Of a stretch of 28,783 nucleotides of DNA, positions 27,214 to 28,783 are shown one piece after another. Each line of letters starts with the position of its first letter. The first letter of the stretch is position 1. The DNA comes from Gemmatimonadota bacterium (lineage in GTDB: Bacteria > Gemmatimonadota > Gemmatimonadetes > Longimicrobiales > RSA9): NCBI GenBank assembly GCA_040905425.1, contig JBBDRO010000068.1, positions 1 through 28,783 on the forward strand, in the 5' to 3' direction. The notes beneath the pieces are model-generated. The model did no database searches. It saw nothing but the letters and a program-made list of their open reading frames with translations, and had not been told where the DNA came from. The position numbers and the translations under genes were made by a program.

Positions 27214-28050
27214 TCATGCGCGTGGGGGGAGCTCCGCGGCGCGCAGGGTACGCGTCAGGAGCACCGCCACCGTCATGGGTCCGATCCCGCCCGGCGCGGG
27301 CACCAACGCGTGCAAGGGCGGTGCGCCGGTGAGGTCCACATCCCCGCGGCCGCCCGCGTTGAAGTAGCCGGCGTCCACCAGCAGGGCGTCCGGCTGCAGA
27401 TGGCGGGCGGCCACGGCGCCGGGGCTGCCCACGGCCGCCACCACGAGCCGGGCGGCGCCCAGGCGGTCTGCGAGCGCGGGGTCATCCGGGTGCACGCACG
27501 CGACGCGGGCTCCGGCGCGCCTCAGCCGGACGGCGAAGGGCTGGTCGTGGAGTGTACCGCGGCCCACCACCAGGGTAGGCAGCCCGGCCACGGCAATGCG
27601 GTGGTGGCGGAAGAGCGTCATCAACGCGGCGGCGGCGGCGGGAGCCGGGCCGCCCGCCTCGAAACGCGCGAGGGCCGCCGGCCCGGACACGTCCAGGTCC
27701 TTGTCGGGGGCAAGTGCCGCTGCGGCGGCGTCTCCAGCCACGGCCGCCGGCAGGGGGTACTGCAGGAGGATGCCGTCCACGCCCGGATCCGCGGCCAGGC
27801 GCTCGAGCACGGTGTTGGTAGTCTGCGTGTCCGCCTCGGGCGGCAGCGCCTCCACGAGCACCCGCATGCCCGCCCGCTCGGCCGCCGCCGCCTTGAGCGC
27901 GGCCTGCCGGCGCGATGCGGCGTTCGCCCCGTCGAGTACGGAAACCAGTGTGGGCACGCGCCCCAGCCGTGCGGCCAGGCGTGCTGCCCGGGGGGCCAGG
28001 CGCGCCTCCAGACGGGCGGCGAGCCGCCGCCCGTCCAGGAGGCACGTCAC
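27214..28050 (-). CDS. folD: Divergent FolD-like methylene-THF dehydrogenase/cyclohydrolase (start GTG 28050 or ATG 28098)
   Basis: LLDGRRLA, VDGILLQYPLP, PDKDLD, LVDAG, GDVD, PAPGGIGPMTVAVL; several conserved motifs altered. Confidence 0.75.
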   Translation of the reverse strand: MTCLLDGRRLAARLEARLAPRAARLAARLGRVPTLVSVLDGANAASRRQAALKAAAAERAGMRVLVEALPPEADTQTTNTVLERLAADPGVDGILLQYPLPAAVAGDAAAAALAPDKDLDVSGPAALARFEAGGPAPAAAAALMTLFRHHRIAVAGLPTLVVGRGTLHDQPFAVRLRRAGARVACVHPDDPALADRLGAARLVVAAVGSPGAVAARHLQPDALLVDAGYFNAGGRGDVDLTGAPPLHALVPAPGGIGPMTVAVLLTRTLRAAELPPRA

Positions 28051-28067
28051 GTCAATGGGAGCCTGGG

Positions 28068-28679
28068 TCAGTGTCCGCCGCCGTGCATGCTCATGCACCG
28101 CTGCATCATGCCCATCATCCCGCCCTGCATCATGCCCTCGTGGCCCATGCCCTCGTGGTTCATGCCCTCGTGGTTCATGCCCTCGTGGTTCATGCCGCTC
28201 ATCATACCATGACCCTCCGCGACTTGCGCCCGCTGCTCGGGCGTCAGGAGCTCACGCGTGGCGGTCGTGAAGCCGGTGGCCGCCAGCTGGGCCTGCACCA
28301 CGTGATCAGCGGCCGCACGCAGCTTTGCCTCGTACGCCTGTGCGTCGAACCCGGCCGCTCCGACCATGGCGGCGGCCTCACCCTGCGCCGTGCGCCCGGC
28401 CTCGAGGTGGCCGTGGACGCCCGCGTGCATGGCCCCCTGGAGCGCCTCCAGCTCGGCACGCTGTGCGGCGCTGAGCCCCAGCGCCTCGCCGCGCTGCAGC
28501 ACCGCATGGGGGCCGGCGTGCATGGCGTCCATGAGGGGTGCGCCGCCGAGCATCATGAGGGCGCAGTGCTCCCCCTGCTGGGCGGGCGCGGCTTCACCCA
28601 TGGTGCCGTGGTCGTGTCCCTGGGCCGCGGCAGGCGTAGCTACCAGGGCCATACTCAGGATGATCGCAGAGCACTTCAT
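28068..28679 (-). CDS. Spy/CpxP-like periplasmic protein with His/Met-rich termini
   Basis: Signal peptide ending AAAQ; LGLSAAQ and LLTPEQ motifs; tail GMNHEGMNHEGMNHEGMGHEGMM; GGAG RBS. Confidence 0.8.
   Translation of the reverse strand: MKCSAIILSMALVATPAAAQGHDHGTMGEAAPAQQGEHCALMMLGGAPLMDAMHAGPHAVLQRGEALGLSAAQRAELEALQGAMHAGVHGHLEAGRTAQGEAAAMVGAAGFDAQAYEAKLRAAADHVVQAQLAATGFTTATRELLTPEQRAQVAEGHGMMSGMNHEGMNHEGMNHEGMGHEGMMQGGMMGMMQRCMSMHGGGH
28131..28196. repeat. 15-bp tandem repeat CATGCCCTCGTGGTT, about 4.4 copies
   Basis: Units at 28131 (variant ending CC), 28146, 28161, 28176, partial at 28191; encodes M-N-H-E-G on the minus strand. Confidence 0.95.
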
Positions 28680-28783
28680 TGCTTCTCCATGTTCGGTGGT
28701 CGGTCATTCGTGCGTAGCGCCGCCCATACGGGCGGCTCGACGGTGTGGGTATCCGGACGCTAGTGATGTGTCGCAGAAGTCAC

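Noticed and set aside
28131..28196. Repeat array as a possible CRISPR
   Set aside because: Contiguous 15-bp units without spacers, inside a coding frame, with no cas genes

Overview
GC-rich, gene-dense bacterial window from a diderm; the gene families (Oar-type TonB receptor, paired 'VRDSAGVxIVEN' beta-propeller lipoproteins, membrane TPR protein) suggest Gemmatimonadota (inference). The left edge is accessory: AAA_14/DUF4143 ATPase, a hipBA-type toxin-antitoxin pair and a peptidase remnant. Next come sufE plus a YnjE-like rhodanese, a TPR protein, a BrxA/B bacilliredoxin, a TonB receptor, a YciI(DGPF)-ECF42 pair with a matching promoter, a His-rich Ni/Co transporter, lpdA, an outer-membrane barrel, selD, a YfiT/BstA thiol transferase, a PCYCGC protein paired with a cytochrome c, an M48 protease, fluC-DUF190, an S41 peptidase, a degenerate FolD and a His/Met-tailed Spy/CpxP protein. 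The strongest signal the ORF track misses is that selD is one gene read through an in-frame UGA (GAG-U-ACK, selenocysteine), followed by a SECIS-like hairpin and apparently leaderless. No rRNA, tRNA, CRISPR array or intact mobile element was seen. I cannot demonstrate a wholly new system; the best candidates are the PCYCGC-cytochrome c pair, the Spy-FolD-like-S41 unit and the sulfur/selenium/bacillithiol gene set.
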